A stretch of DNA of 64,000 nt from Halodesulfurarchaeum sp. (GTDB taxonomy: Archaea; Halobacteriota; Halobacteria; Halobacteriales; Halobacteriaceae). The notes beneath the pieces are model-generated. The model did not search any database. It had not been told where the DNA came from and saw only the letters and a program-made list of their open reading frames with translations. Position numbers and translations under genes: made by a program. Below are positions 25,203 through 34,505 of this stretch, piece after piece. The DNA is taken from positions 768,001 to 832,000 of the forward strand of contig JAXHNL010000002.1 in the NCBI GenBank assembly GCA_034520565.1. The letters run 5' to 3'. Position 1 is the first letter of the stretch. The number at the start of each line of letters is the position of its first letter.

Positions 25203-25307
25203 CTTCTGACCGAGCGAAGCGAGGTCTGAGAGCCAACCGGCCGCGATTTGACCCCAGGAAACCGAACCCAGTGAGGTTTCCGCTGGTTCAAATCCGGCTC
25301 GTGGCTT
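25203..25307 (+). repeat. tRNA trailer with inverted and direct imperfect copies of the tRNA-Cys 3' end
   Basis: AGCCAACCGGCCGCGATTTGACC (25231) resembles the reverse complement of the tRNA 3' end; GCTGGTTCAAATCCGGCTCGTGGCT (25282) is a direct copy; inner stem GGAAACC/GGTTTCC. Confidence 0.75.
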
Positions 25308-25543
25308 CCACTTTTTACTCGTCGGGTTCCTCGCTCGCTCTGCTCTCTGCGGGAACCACTCCACTCACGGCGGCTCCGCCGCCGTTCGTGCAATTCGAGA
25401 GATCATAGATCCCTCGCGACTCGCAAAAACGTGGAAAAACTTCCCGAACGCTCCCGTTGGTCGCGCTCGGTGAAACCGCGACTCGCTGCGCTCGTCGCGG
25501 TATGCAAGGGAAAAACTCGTTTCGGCTACTTGCAACTGGCAAC

Positions 25544-25792
25544 TCATCCCGAATCGTCTTCGGACTCCTCGCTTACCTCCATGATCTCCCGTGCCACCGC
25601 TCTGACCCGTTGCTGGTGAGCGGCGGATTGCTGGACGCTTTGGGCTGCATCGAGTTGGCCGTCGACGATCGCGTTCTGTTGTGGTCCCCACGTTTCGGGG
25701 GGCTCGGACTCGATGTATTCGACCCATCGTTTGATTCCCTCGATGCGTTGCTCGCGATTGCGCTCGTGTTTCACATCGAGGTCCTCAGACAC
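25544..25792 (-). CDS. Small helical protein coupled to the nucleotidyltransferase (~82 aa)
   Basis: RNREQRIEGIKRWVEYI...PPETWGPQQNAIV; start overlaps the upstream gene's end. Confidence 0.6.
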   Translation of the reverse strand: MSEDLDVKHERNREQRIEGIKRWVEYIESEPPETWGPQQNAIVDGQLDAAQSVQQSAAHQQRVRAVAREIMEVSEESEDDSG

Positions 25793-26387
25793 GTTTGAGT
25801 CGCTCATATTCGTCTTCGACGCCGAGTTTCGGTACCCATTCTTCGAGGCGCGGCTCACTAAGGCTTTCCTCGAAGAGCGTGTAGAGGTGGACCGCGTCCT
25901 CGATGTCCTTCTGGGCCCCGAGTGAGAGCTTGTAGGCGATCTGGAGTTCCAACGGACCGACCGGAATCGTTTCGCCGGCGATACGAGCGTCGATCGAGTT
26001 TTCGAGGGACGCGGCATCGAACTCGTCGACCGCGAATTTGCATTCGAGATGAGGTGTAACCTGATCCGCCGGAGCGATCCAGATGTTATCGCCACCGTCA
26101 AGCATCTCGTAAAGGGATTCGAGGGGCATCGCGGGCCCCCAGTACCCTGATTCGACGAGTGCGGCGGCGAGTTCCTCGGCGGTCGTTTCGTCGATCGGTT
26201 CGATAAGGACGTCGACGTCCTCAGTGGAACGAGCCCTGCCCGCGAGGATGGAGACGTAGCCTGCGATGTAGACGTGTTCGATGTCGAACCGTCGAAGAAT
26301 CCAGGAGAAATCGATCGCCAGCTCGTCGAGTCGGTTCGGCTCACGCTCCACGACGAGCGTGCCAGAGCGGAGTTCGATACCGACCAT
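25785..26387 (-). CDS. Pol-beta-superfamily nucleotidyltransferase-like protein (200 aa)
   Basis: IAGYVSILAGRARSTEDVDVL (G..R.T.D.D) and C-terminal LQIAYKL...KDIEDA. Confidence 0.75.
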   Translation of the reverse strand: MVGIELRSGTLVVEREPNRLDELAIDFSWILRRFDIEHVYIAGYVSILAGRARSTEDVDVLIEPIDETTAEELAAALVESGYWGPAMPLESLYEMLDGGDNIWIAPADQVTPHLECKFAVDEFDAASLENSIDARIAGETIPVGPLELQIAYKLSLGAQKDIEDAVHLYTLFEESLSEPRLEEWVPKLGVEDEYERLKRV

Positions 26388-26629
26388 GTACACGAGAGAA
26401 CTGGCACCCGCATAAAACGTCGGGCGGGTCGGGATCTCGGATTCGATCCGGGTGACCGTCGAAGACGGGCTGGCGCCTGGTGGACCACTTCTTCGGCACC
26501 TCGTCATGCTGAACCACGCCGATCACGTTTTCTGCCCCGCTCCGCAGTGGTCCTCACCGCCGTCGACCCCCTCTCACGGACTGCCACCCACGCCTTCATG
26601 TACTCCCGACCGAATACCCACAGACACCC

Positions 26630-27859
26630 GTGACGGCCGACGCCGAATCGATCTCGCCGAGCACGCCCTCCCAGGACGAATCAGTCACGGACGTCCTCAA
26701 GAGCGACCGCGGGTGGTTCCTCCTTGCCATCGGCTTCGGCTGGTTTCTCACCCTCGGCTCCCGCTTTCTCGTCCCGGCGCTGCTCCCCGTCATCAAGACC
26801 GAGTTCACCCTCCAGAACGCCGGGGCGGGCCTGATCGTCACCGTCATGTGGCTCACCTACGGCGGCGTGCAGTTCCCCGCCGGCGTCCTCACCGACCGCG
26901 TCGGCGAACGCGCCCTCCTTGGTGTAAGCACCCTGCTCGCCTCGCTGAGCATGGTCGGCTTCGCCGTCGCCCCCACCTACGAGTGGTTTCTGGTCGCCGC
27001 CGCGGCGTTCGGCATTGCGACCGGGCTGTACGGCCCGGCGCGAGGGATGGCCCTCGCCAAGCGCTTCGAGCAGTTCGAGGGGCTGGCCTTTGGGGTCGTA
27101 CTCGGAGCCGGAAGCATCGGCGCCGCGACGCTCCCCCTCGTGGCCACGCTCCTCACCGAACAGTTCGGCTGGCGGTGGGCCATCGGACTCGTCGGCCCCG
27201 CCTTCTTCCTCGCTGGGGTGTGGCTGCTGATCGTCGTCCCGCGAACCCTCCCCGGGACCGTTCCCGGCGGGACGCTGCTCGCGGGGGTGAAACAGTCCGT
27301 CGTCGCGATCCGAACCTACCGGATTGCGATGGCGCTTGGCGGCGTCGTCCTGATGTTGTTCATCTTTCAGGGCCTCACCGCGTTCTATCCGACCTACCTC
27401 CAGGCCGAAGGCGACCTGGCCCAGACCACGGCGAACTCGCTTTACGCCCTGCTCTTCCTGGCCGGGGCCGTCTTCCAGCTGACTGCGGGGCGGCTCGCGG
27501 ACAGTTTCGGGTACCGCTGGGTGCTCGTCGGCGTGAGCGCGGTGAGCGTCATTCCGCTCCTCTGGCTGCCCTGGATCGCTTCTTTCGGGTGGTTCGCGGT
27601 CGTGACAGTCCTCATCGCGATCCGGATCGCCCTCCAGCCGATGATGAACGCCTACGTCCTCGGGGCGCTGCCCCAGGAGATGCGCGGGGCGATCTGGGGC
27701 TTTCTTCGCACGGTGTTTTTCGTCCTCGGAGCCTTCGGCTCGGTCGTCGTCGGCGGGATCGCCGACCTGGGGTACTTCGACGGCGCCATCTACCTCCTCG
27801 CGGCGCTGACTGCCCTCGGGGGCTTCCTCTTCTACCTCCTCCCGCGTGACGGCTCCTGA
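26630..27859 (+). CDS. MFS transporter
   Basis: About 12 hydrophobic segments; GVLTDRVGER and GRLADSFGYR motif A. Confidence 0.9.
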   Translation: MTADAESISPSTPSQDESVTDVLKSDRGWFLLAIGFGWFLTLGSRFLVPALLPVIKTEFTLQNAGAGLIVTVMWLTYGGVQFPAGVLTDRVGERALLGVSTLLASLSMVGFAVAPTYEWFLVAAAAFGIATGLYGPARGMALAKRFEQFEGLAFGVVLGAGSIGAATLPLVATLLTEQFGWRWAIGLVGPAFFLAGVWLLIVVPRTLPGTVPGGTLLAGVKQSVVAIRTYRIAMALGGVVLMLFIFQGLTAFYPTYLQAEGDLAQTTANSLYALLFLAGAVFQLTAGRLADSFGYRWVLVGVSAVSVIPLLWLPWIASFGWFAVVTVLIAIRIALQPMMNAYVLGALPQEMRGAIWGFLRTVFFVLGAFGSVVVGGIADLGYFDGAIYLLAALTALGGFLFYLLPRDGS

Positions 27860-27933
27860 ATCGTGTGGGTCACACTTGGACCGGTGTTTGACCGATGCCA
27901 ACCCCATTATGGATCTTGACCCAATCGGAAGTC

Positions 27934-28175
27934 GTGTCTCAACCGTCCATTCCCGCAGCGAACGGCGTCACGACCTAGATCGAAGACGGAGCCCGGATCG
28001 CGGCCATCCTCCTCGTGTGGGGGGTCATCGCCGCAGTTTTCACCGACGGCATCGGCAACATCGGCTACCCCGGGGGCTGTTCACCCGGCTCGGAACCTCG
28101 ATCGGTGCCACCCTCGCCGTTGCCGGGTTGCTGAACGCAGTGCTCTATGTGGTCTATCGTGCCATCGACTACTGA
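27934..28175 (+). pseudogene. Disrupted small membrane protein gene
   Basis: GTG 27934, in-frame TAG at 27976, then IEDGARIAAILLVWGVIAAVF..., frameshift in the G run near 28075 into ...LAVAGLLNAVLYVVYRAIDY*. Confidence 0.55.
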
Positions 28176-28230
28176 CATCAGTTCTGAGCCTCCGTCGGCG
28201 CTTCGAGTCGAGTCCGGGCCGCTCCTATGC

Positions 28231-29406
28231 CTATGGATAGGTGACCCATTCGACCACTCGGCGAATCCCGAGCCCTCCCAGGATAGCCGCGAAGGGGAAA
28301 AGCGACCCGCTCTCGAGTGGTTCCTCGCCCGAAACGGGGACCACGGCATCCATCTGTGTCTCCTCGCGTTCCCCGTCCGGGGTGCTACTCGGCTCGCCGT
28401 CGGTTGACTTCTCGTGGTCCGGCTGGGCCACCTGCTCCTGGCCGTCCTCGACCCCGTCGCCGTCGGTATCGGGATCGGTCGGGTTGGTGCCGTAGCGCTC
28501 CACCTCCCAGTCGTCCCGGACGCCGTCGCCGTCAGTGTCCATTTCGGTTGGGTCGGTCCCGAGCTGGCGCTCGAACCCGTCGTCCAGTCCGTCGCCGTCC
28601 GTGTCCGAACGCGTCGGATCGGTCCCCCGCTGGATCTCGTCTGCGTCGTCGATCCCGTCGCCGTCGGTGTCCGCGAGCGTCGGGTCAGTCGGCAGGGACT
28701 CGATTTCGCGCTGGTCGTCGAGCCCGTCGCCGTCGGTGTCCTCGAGTGTCGGATCGGTCCCCCGGCGGATCTCTTCGGGATCGACGACTCCGTCCCCATC
28801 GGTGTCCGCGAGCGTCGGATCGGTCCCGTAGCGGGCGACCTCGACGCTATCCGTGAGATCGTCGTCGTCAGTGTCGGCGTCGCGGAAGTCAGTCGGCCCA
28901 CCGATCTCCTGGCTGTTCTGCAGGCCGTCCCCGTCGAGGTCGCCGGCTTTCCGAATGACCGTCACCCCGATTTCGGTCCCGTCCCACAGCGCTGGGCCCC
29001 GGTCCGGATAGATCCCGACGAAGAGGGTGTCCGGTCCGGTCGCTTCGAGGGCTTCGCGGTCGAGTTGGATTGTGACCGTCGCCGAATCGAGTTCCTCGAG
29101 TGTCACCGTCGCTTCCCCGAGTGCCTCGTCGCTCGGACCGAAGCGATCGATCCTCGATTCGGTCACCCGCACGTCGTAGTGTCGATAGTCCCTGGCACTG
29201 TCCTCGAACACTGGGGCGCCCACCTCGACGGTGAGTTCCGGGGACTCGCCGGCCCAGATGAACTGTGTATCGCCGGCCGTCGTGGCGTCTGCGGGCCCGG
29301 TGAACTCACCGTCGAGGACGCCGCTCGAAATCGCGCCACCGACTCCGCTCGCAACGAGGGCGAGGGCTACCAGAACGAGCGCCGCTCGCCGGAGCGGGTG
29401 GTGCAT
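28231..29406 (-). CDS. Membrane-anchored surface protein with tandem DTDGDG Ca-binding repeats
   Basis: Signal peptide, about seven TDPTxxDTDGDGxxDxxE repeats, C-terminal hydrophobic anchor. Confidence 0.85.
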   Translation of the reverse strand: MHHPLRRAALVLVALALVASGVGGAISSGVLDGEFTGPADATTAGDTQFIWAGESPELTVEVGAPVFEDSARDYRHYDVRVTESRIDRFGPSDEALGEATVTLEELDSATVTIQLDREALEATGPDTLFVGIYPDRGPALWDGTEIGVTVIRKAGDLDGDGLQNSQEIGGPTDFRDADTDDDDLTDSVEVARYGTDPTLADTDGDGVVDPEEIRRGTDPTLEDTDGDGLDDQREIESLPTDPTLADTDGDGIDDADEIQRGTDPTRSDTDGDGLDDGFERQLGTDPTEMDTDGDGVRDDWEVERYGTNPTDPDTDGDGVEDGQEQVAQPDHEKSTDGEPSSTPDGEREETQMDAVVPVSGEEPLESGSLFPFAAILGGLGIRRVVEWVTYP

Positions 29407-29488
29407 ATTCCGTATTGGGCCGGGATGACACTTGAATGTGCGCAAGACGGGACCGTCAGCATTTGGGGCCTGCCGCCGAAGGGCCGGT

Positions 29489-30256
29489 ATGCCCGGTCGA
29501 TCCCGGATCAGGACCGCTCTCACCGGTGAGCGAATCGCGATCTGGTCGCTCGGCCTACTGGTCGTCGCCGCGGCGCTTATAGTCGGTTTCGCCGGCACTA
29601 CGTTCGCTCCGCCCGCGGGTTCGGTCGAGTCCGTGGAGCGGACCCACTCGGTCGCCGTCGCCCCGGCCGCTGGCGGGTATACCATCACACCGGCGGGGAA
29701 GACCGCGGAGACGGGCCTAGTCTTCTACCCCGGGGCTCGCGTGGAACCGGGAGCCTACGTGCCGGTACTGGCCCCGGTCGTCGAGGAGACTGGGGCCGCC
29801 GTGTTTGTCCCGCGCCCGCGACTGAACCTCGCCGTCTTCGAGTCGGGCATGGCCACCTCCATCGTCGAGTCCAATCCCGCCATCGCGGACTGGTACGTCG
29901 GTGGCCATTCACTGGGCGGGGCGATGGCCTGCCGGTACGCCGCCGACAACGCCGATCGCCTCGAGGGGCTGGTGCTCTTTGGTGCCTACTGTGACCGATC
30001 GATCGCGGACGCCGACCTGCGGGTCCTCGCCGTCGGGGGCACCCGGGATACGGTCCTCGGGACCGAGCGGTCGGCGCTCCGCCCGGAGAATCTCCCGGAA
30101 TCGGCAATTATCCGGCGTATCGAGGGGCTCAATCACACCCAGTTCGGACGGTATCACGGTCAGTCTGGAGACAGCCCGGCCACCATCACCCGCGAGACGG
30201 CCCACGAACGCCTCCAGTCGGTCCTCGTCGACTTTCTTCGCGAAAAGAGCCAGTGA
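29489..30256 (+). CDS. Alpha/beta hydrolase (carboxylesterase-like)
   Basis: FYPGARV, GGHSLGG nucleophile elbow, GTRD, NHTQFG; N-terminal TM. Confidence 0.88.
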   Translation: MPGRSRIRTALTGERIAIWSLGLLVVAAALIVGFAGTTFAPPAGSVESVERTHSVAVAPAAGGYTITPAGKTAETGLVFYPGARVEPGAYVPVLAPVVEETGAAVFVPRPRLNLAVFESGMATSIVESNPAIADWYVGGHSLGGAMACRYAADNADRLEGLVLFGAYCDRSIADADLRVLAVGGTRDTVLGTERSALRPENLPESAIIRRIEGLNHTQFGRYHGQSGDSPATITRETAHERLQSVLVDFLREKSQ

Positions 30257-30257
30257 G

Positions 30258-30464
30258 CTACTCCAGTAGGCCCATCTCCTCGGCGAGCAAGTCCTGGAGC
30301 CGGGACTTCACGGCGGGATCGATTTCGGCCACGGGCTCGCCGTCGTGCTGGCGCTCGTTGTGAGCGTCGATCGTCGCCTCGACGTCTGGAAACGGAACGG
30401 CGGTTTCGGTCCCACAGGCCGGACAGGTGATCGTGATCTCGGGGAGGTCCTCGGTGGGAGCCAT
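30258..30464 (-). CDS. Small CPxCG-related zinc-finger protein
   Basis: ITCPACG...HNERQH; 68 aa, acidic. Confidence 0.7.
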   Translation of the reverse strand: MAPTEDLPEITITCPACGTETAVPFPDVEATIDAHNERQHDGEPVAEIDPAVKSRLQDLLAEEMGLLE

Positions 30465-30602
30465 ACGGGTGAACTACACACACCGCTCCTAAAGAGCGAT
30501 CGGTTCGGCGACGAATCGGGGGCAAAAACGGGATTCACCTGATCGGATCGACCGGGGGACAGACTGTCCTGTCGCTCGCGGGTCGAACTCGATTTTTCGG
30601 AA

Positions 30603-30773
30603 CTAGACCGTCTCGATCTCTGCCTTGACCGCCTCGACCGTCTCGGTGTCGAGGGTCAGGTCGGGATGTGCGTCCTGAACGTGCGCCTCGACTTCGGCCA
30701 TGACTTCCTCTTCGGTTTCGCCTTCACAGACACCGTGACAGCCGTCGACGATGCATTCCACGTGTTGGGACAT
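30603..30773 (-). CDS. DUF1059-like small metal-binding protein (56 aa)
   Basis: C-x4-C...GETEEEV...H-x4-H pattern. Confidence 0.75.
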   Translation of the reverse strand: MSQHVECIVDGCHGVCEGETEEEVMAEVEAHVQDAHPDLTLDTETVEAVKAEIETV

Positions 30774-30910
30774 TGCATTCGATATCAGGGGTGGCCCATA
30801 CATACGAACAGGGCCCAATTGATTTGGGCCGGCGTTTGCCTGTGCGGGCCAGAACGGCCGATTTTTATCGTTCCCACCCGAGGATCCGGGTATCTCGCCC
30901 GATTCGAGCA

Positions 30911-31630
30911 ATGTCCCCGCCAGATTCCGACGATACCGTCCCGATTCCGCCGCTTTTCGTCTCCCCACGTGCCAAGTGGATCGGCATCGCGGGCCTGCTG
31001 GGACTTCTCGCGCTCGCCGGGGCTGGAATGGTCCTGTTCGATTACTCCGTCGGGACGGTGCTCGATCCGGAGGCGATCCGTGAGACTGTCGAGGCGTTTG
31101 GGATTCTCGCGCCGCTGGCCTTCGTGGCCCTCCAGGTGGCCCAGGTCATAATCGCGCCGATCCCGGGCCAGGTGCTCGCGCTGGCCGGGGGCTACGTCTT
31201 CGGCCCGCTTCTCGGCACCGTGTACAGCCTGATCGGGGCGACCATCGGGAGCGCCATCGCGTTCTGGCTCAGCCGGCATTTCGGCCGCCCCGCGGTCGAG
31301 CGGCTGATTCACCCCGAAACCCTCTCGACCGTCGACGGTTTTCTCGAGGACCACGGGCGTCTCGCCGTCTTTCTCGTCTTCCTGCTTCCCGGCTTGCCCG
31401 ACGACGCCCTCTGCTTCGTCTGTGGACTCACGTCGATCCCGCTCCGGAACCTCGTGGTGCTTTCCTTCCTTGGGCGGATTCCGGGCTACGCACTGTTGGC
31501 GCTTGCAGGCGGCCGGTTCGCGACCCACCGGCCCATCGAAGCGGCGCTGATCCTCGGGTTCGTGAGCGTTGTTGCTTTCCTCGGGTACTGGCAGCGCAAT
31601 CGGATCCTCGCGATTTCGGTCGGTCGATGA
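30911..31630 (+). CDS. TVP38/TMEM64 (DedA/VTT) membrane protein
   Basis: QVIIAPIPGQ, GGYVFG, SRHFGRP, LPGLPDD. Confidence 0.88.
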   Translation: MSPPDSDDTVPIPPLFVSPRAKWIGIAGLLGLLALAGAGMVLFDYSVGTVLDPEAIRETVEAFGILAPLAFVALQVAQVIIAPIPGQVLALAGGYVFGPLLGTVYSLIGATIGSAIAFWLSRHFGRPAVERLIHPETLSTVDGFLEDHGRLAVFLVFLLPGLPDDALCFVCGLTSIPLRNLVVLSFLGRIPGYALLALAGGRFATHRPIEAALILGFVSVVAFLGYWQRNRILAISVGR

Positions 31631-31701
31631 TCTCCCCACCGGATGGCCCCTTTCGAGGGATTTGTACCGTTGCCCCTCATAGGGACGTGTAACTGACCAC
31701 T

Positions 31702-32565
31702 ATGGGCGACTACTACGCCGACGAAACTCCCCGACTGCTCGATACGTCCTATCGGGCCGACGAGGAACCGTTCGAAACCCGCACCGACCTCGTGGTGCCC
31801 GAACGCCGACCCATGCGCGAGGAGGTCAGCCTCCTCAACTGCCTCTTTTTCCCTCGCCTGTGGAACTCCGGGGACCGGGTCGGGAACCCGGAGCGGATCG
31901 AACAGTGTCTCTCGAAACTCGGCGACCGCTTCGAAACCGGCATTCGGGCCTACGGCGAGTCCGATCCCGACCCGATCGTGGCCGCGGTTCTCGATCGGAC
32001 CCCCGAGATCCGCGAGACGCTCAAGCGGGACGTCGTGGCCGCCTACAAGGGCGACCCGGCCGCGAAGAGCTACCGGGAGGTCATCCGCTCGTATCCGGGC
32101 TTTCACGCCCTCCTGATCTACCGGGTCGCCCACGCCCTCTACGAGGCAGGCGCGCCGGAGTACGCCCGGGAACTCGCGGAATCGGCCCACGCCGAGACGG
32201 GAATCGACATCCATCCGGGCGCCGAGATCGGGGAGTACTGCTTCATCGACCACGGGACCGGCGTCGTCATCGGCGAGACGGCCACGGTCGGGGACTGGGC
32301 CCGGATCTACCAGAACGTCACCCTCGGGGCCCTCCACTTCGAGGAGGCCGAAGACGAGGAGCACATGCTCCGAAAGGGTTACAAGCGCCACCCCGACATC
32401 GGCGATCACGTGGTGATCGGGGCCGGGTCGAACATCATGGGTCCCGTCGAGGTGGGCGATCACGTCTCCATCGGTGCCAACTCCTGGATCAGCGAGGACG
32501 TCCCGGATCACACGGCCGTGTTCATCGCCGATCACCCCGACCTCGAACAGAAACCGACCGACTGA
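31702..32565 (+). CDS. cysE: Serine O-acetyltransferase
   Basis: GDPAA, SYPG, TGIDIHPGA, FIDHGTGVVIGET, YQNVTLG, KRHP. Confidence 0.93.
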   Translation: MGDYYADETPRLLDTSYRADEEPFETRTDLVVPERRPMREEVSLLNCLFFPRLWNSGDRVGNPERIEQCLSKLGDRFETGIRAYGESDPDPIVAAVLDRTPEIRETLKRDVVAAYKGDPAAKSYREVIRSYPGFHALLIYRVAHALYEAGAPEYARELAESAHAETGIDIHPGAEIGEYCFIDHGTGVVIGETATVGDWARIYQNVTLGALHFEEAEDEEHMLRKGYKRHPDIGDHVVIGAGSNIMGPVEVGDHVSIGANSWISEDVPDHTAVFIADHPDLEQKPTD

Positions 32566-32566
32566 C

Positions 32567-33457
32567 CTACACGCCGAGTTCGATGTCGTAATCCGTTCCG
32601 GTGAGCAGGTAGAGCACGTCCTCGACGACCGTGCCGAGTTCCGGCACGAGCCGGAGCAGCCCCAGCGTGATGAGGATCAACACGACGAGTGACAGCGATT
32701 GGGAAATGACCCTGTCGGCCACGATGTAGGAGACGAGATAGGGATCCTCGATTCGGAAGAGGAAGAAGATCGGTCCCTGGAAGCCGGCGAACCACTGGAA
32801 CCCGTGGGCGAGCGCGATGAAGGCCACCCGGAGGACGTTCAGGCCGTAGATGATCGGCACCGCGATGGCGATGCCCAGTGCCTGTCGCTTCGGCGCCGCG
32901 TCGACCGCGAGGGTCAGGCCGGCCACGATCGAAATGCTGCCGATTCCGGTGCAGGCCAGCACGACCCGAGTCGTCAACCGGTGGCCGTCCTCGGCGAAGA
33001 AGACAAAGGTGCTCCGGAGTCCGTCAGGACCGGTGATGACCGTCGGTTCGACCCCTAGCAGCCCGAGAATCGCCTCGACGTTCCGGGCGACGAGTTCGAT
33101 CGACCCGCTCCGGAGGAACGTGATCGCCTCGAACGGCAGATAGATGAAGCCCATGATGGCGACTGCGCGTGTCAGGACCGCAAACGACCGCCGCTCGGTC
33201 CAGATCAGCCAGGCGACATAGAGCGTGGCGGGGACGGCAACGACGCTCAGGGCCCCCTCGACGATGCTCCGCTGGACGATCGCGTAGTGGGGAATCATGA
33301 GCGCCCAGAAAAGTGCAAAGATCGACCACGCTCCCGTCGAGACGAGTCGCTCGTAGGGCGAGTCCCAGAACGCCAGCAGTGCACTGCCGGCGAAGGTCAC
33401 GAGAACGACCCACGCGAGCGGGTCGGTGACGACCGCCAGATCGGGGACCGCAACCAT
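32567..33457 (-). CDS. artA: Archaeosortase A
   Basis: Polytopic membrane protein with VLACTGIGS (catalytic Cys), LNVLR, SYIVADRVISQ. Confidence 0.9.
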   Translation of the reverse strand: MVAVPDLAVVTDPLAWVVLVTFAGSALLAFWDSPYERLVSTGAWSIFALFWALMIPHYAIVQRSIVEGALSVVAVPATLYVAWLIWTERRSFAVLTRAVAIMGFIYLPFEAITFLRSGSIELVARNVEAILGLLGVEPTVITGPDGLRSTFVFFAEDGHRLTTRVVLACTGIGSISIVAGLTLAVDAAPKRQALGIAIAVPIIYGLNVLRVAFIALAHGFQWFAGFQGPIFFLFRIEDPYLVSYIVADRVISQSLSLVVLILITLGLLRLVPELGTVVEDVLYLLTGTDYDIELGV

Positions 33458-33605
33458 GTGTTCGCCGAAAGGATTCGTCCTCGGAAGTGTGTATCGGTCG
33501 GGGAAGGGCCGGGGGCTGCTCCCCTCGAGGTAATTGGGACTCGTCGGGGATCACCAACCATCGCGTATTGGTCCGTTCCTGCCGGGGACCTCTCCGTGCC
33601 TGCAG

Positions 33606-34505
33606 TCAGATCCCGACTCGTTCCTGAGCGTGATCCGATTCCGTTCCCAGTTCGGTGACGATGTCCGCAGCCGCCTCCTTGAGCGCCTGACTCTCACCGA
33701 CCGGCGGACGGCCAGCGATCGCTGCCGACGCGACGTCCTCGTCGTAGGGGAGGGTGGCGAGGACCGGAACGGGGAGTGCGGATTCGACGAGGTCGGCGTT
33801 GTCGCGAGTTTTGTTCACGACTGCTTGGACGTTTCCGATTCCAAGCTCCGTGGCGAGTTTCTGGATCCGCGTCGCCGTTTCGATAGACGCCTGTGAGGGC
33901 TCGACGACCACGAGCATCGCGTCGACGGACTCGGCAGTCCCGCGGCCGAGATGCTCGACGCCCGCTTCCATGTCGAGGACAACCGTATCCTCGCCGAGCG
34001 CCGTCGAGACCAGCGTTCGGACGAAACTGTTTTCGGGGCACATGCACCCACTGTTTGCCCCAGTCGGGGCGCCGATGGTGAGCAATCGACCCCCGACTCC
34101 GAACTCGGTCGAATGCGAATCCAGCACGTCTTGAACCGCCGGTGTGAGGTTGACGAGACCGCTCCCTCCCGCACGTTCTTCGATGAGTTCGCGCTCCGTC
34201 GTGATGGGGGGGGGGGGCGGTTCCTCCACGCCCAGAATGCCAGCCAGGTTCATATCCGGATCCGCGTCGACGGCAACCACCGCTCGATGGGCAGCGAGAT
34301 GGGACGCGATTGCCGCCGAAAGCGTGGTCTTTCCGACGCCACCTTTGCCGGTCACTGCGACGCGAATCCCATCCGACAACCCGCCGGCCAGCTGCTCGTT
34401 CGAATGGACGTGATCAGATGCGTGGTGGTGACTGTGACCGTGCCCGGTTTCGGCCGGATGGGAATGCCCCGCGTCGTCCCCGTGAGCACCACAGTCCTCA
34501 CACAT
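33606..34505 (-). CDS. cooC: CO dehydrogenase Ni-insertion ATPase with Cys/His-rich N-terminal extension
   Basis: GKGGVGKT, DADP, GCMCPEN, DMEAGVEHLGRG; overlaps the cooS stop. Confidence 0.92.
   Translation of the reverse strand: MCEDCGAHGDDAGHSHPAETGHGHSHHHASDHVHSNEQLAGGLSDGIRVAVTGKGGVGKTTLSAAIASHLAAHRAVVAVDADPDMNLAGILGVEEPPPPPITTERELIEERAGGSGLVNLTPAVQDVLDSHSTEFGVGGRLLTIGAPTGANSGCMCPENSFVRTLVSTALGEDTVVLDMEAGVEHLGRGTAESVDAMLVVVEPSQASIETATRIQKLATELGIGNVQAVVNKTRDNADLVESALPVPVLATLPYDEDVASAAIAGRPPVGESQALKEAAADIVTELGTESDHAQERVGI

Noticed and set aside
24961-25307. Intact provirus or integrative element at tRNA-Cys
   Set aside because: No integrase or viral genes; the tRNA fragments are within ~350 bp of each other
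28440-28950. Periodic DNA repeats (~66-69 nt)
   Set aside because: Explained by the protein's DTDGDG calcium-binding repeats; not a CRISPR or DNA-level array
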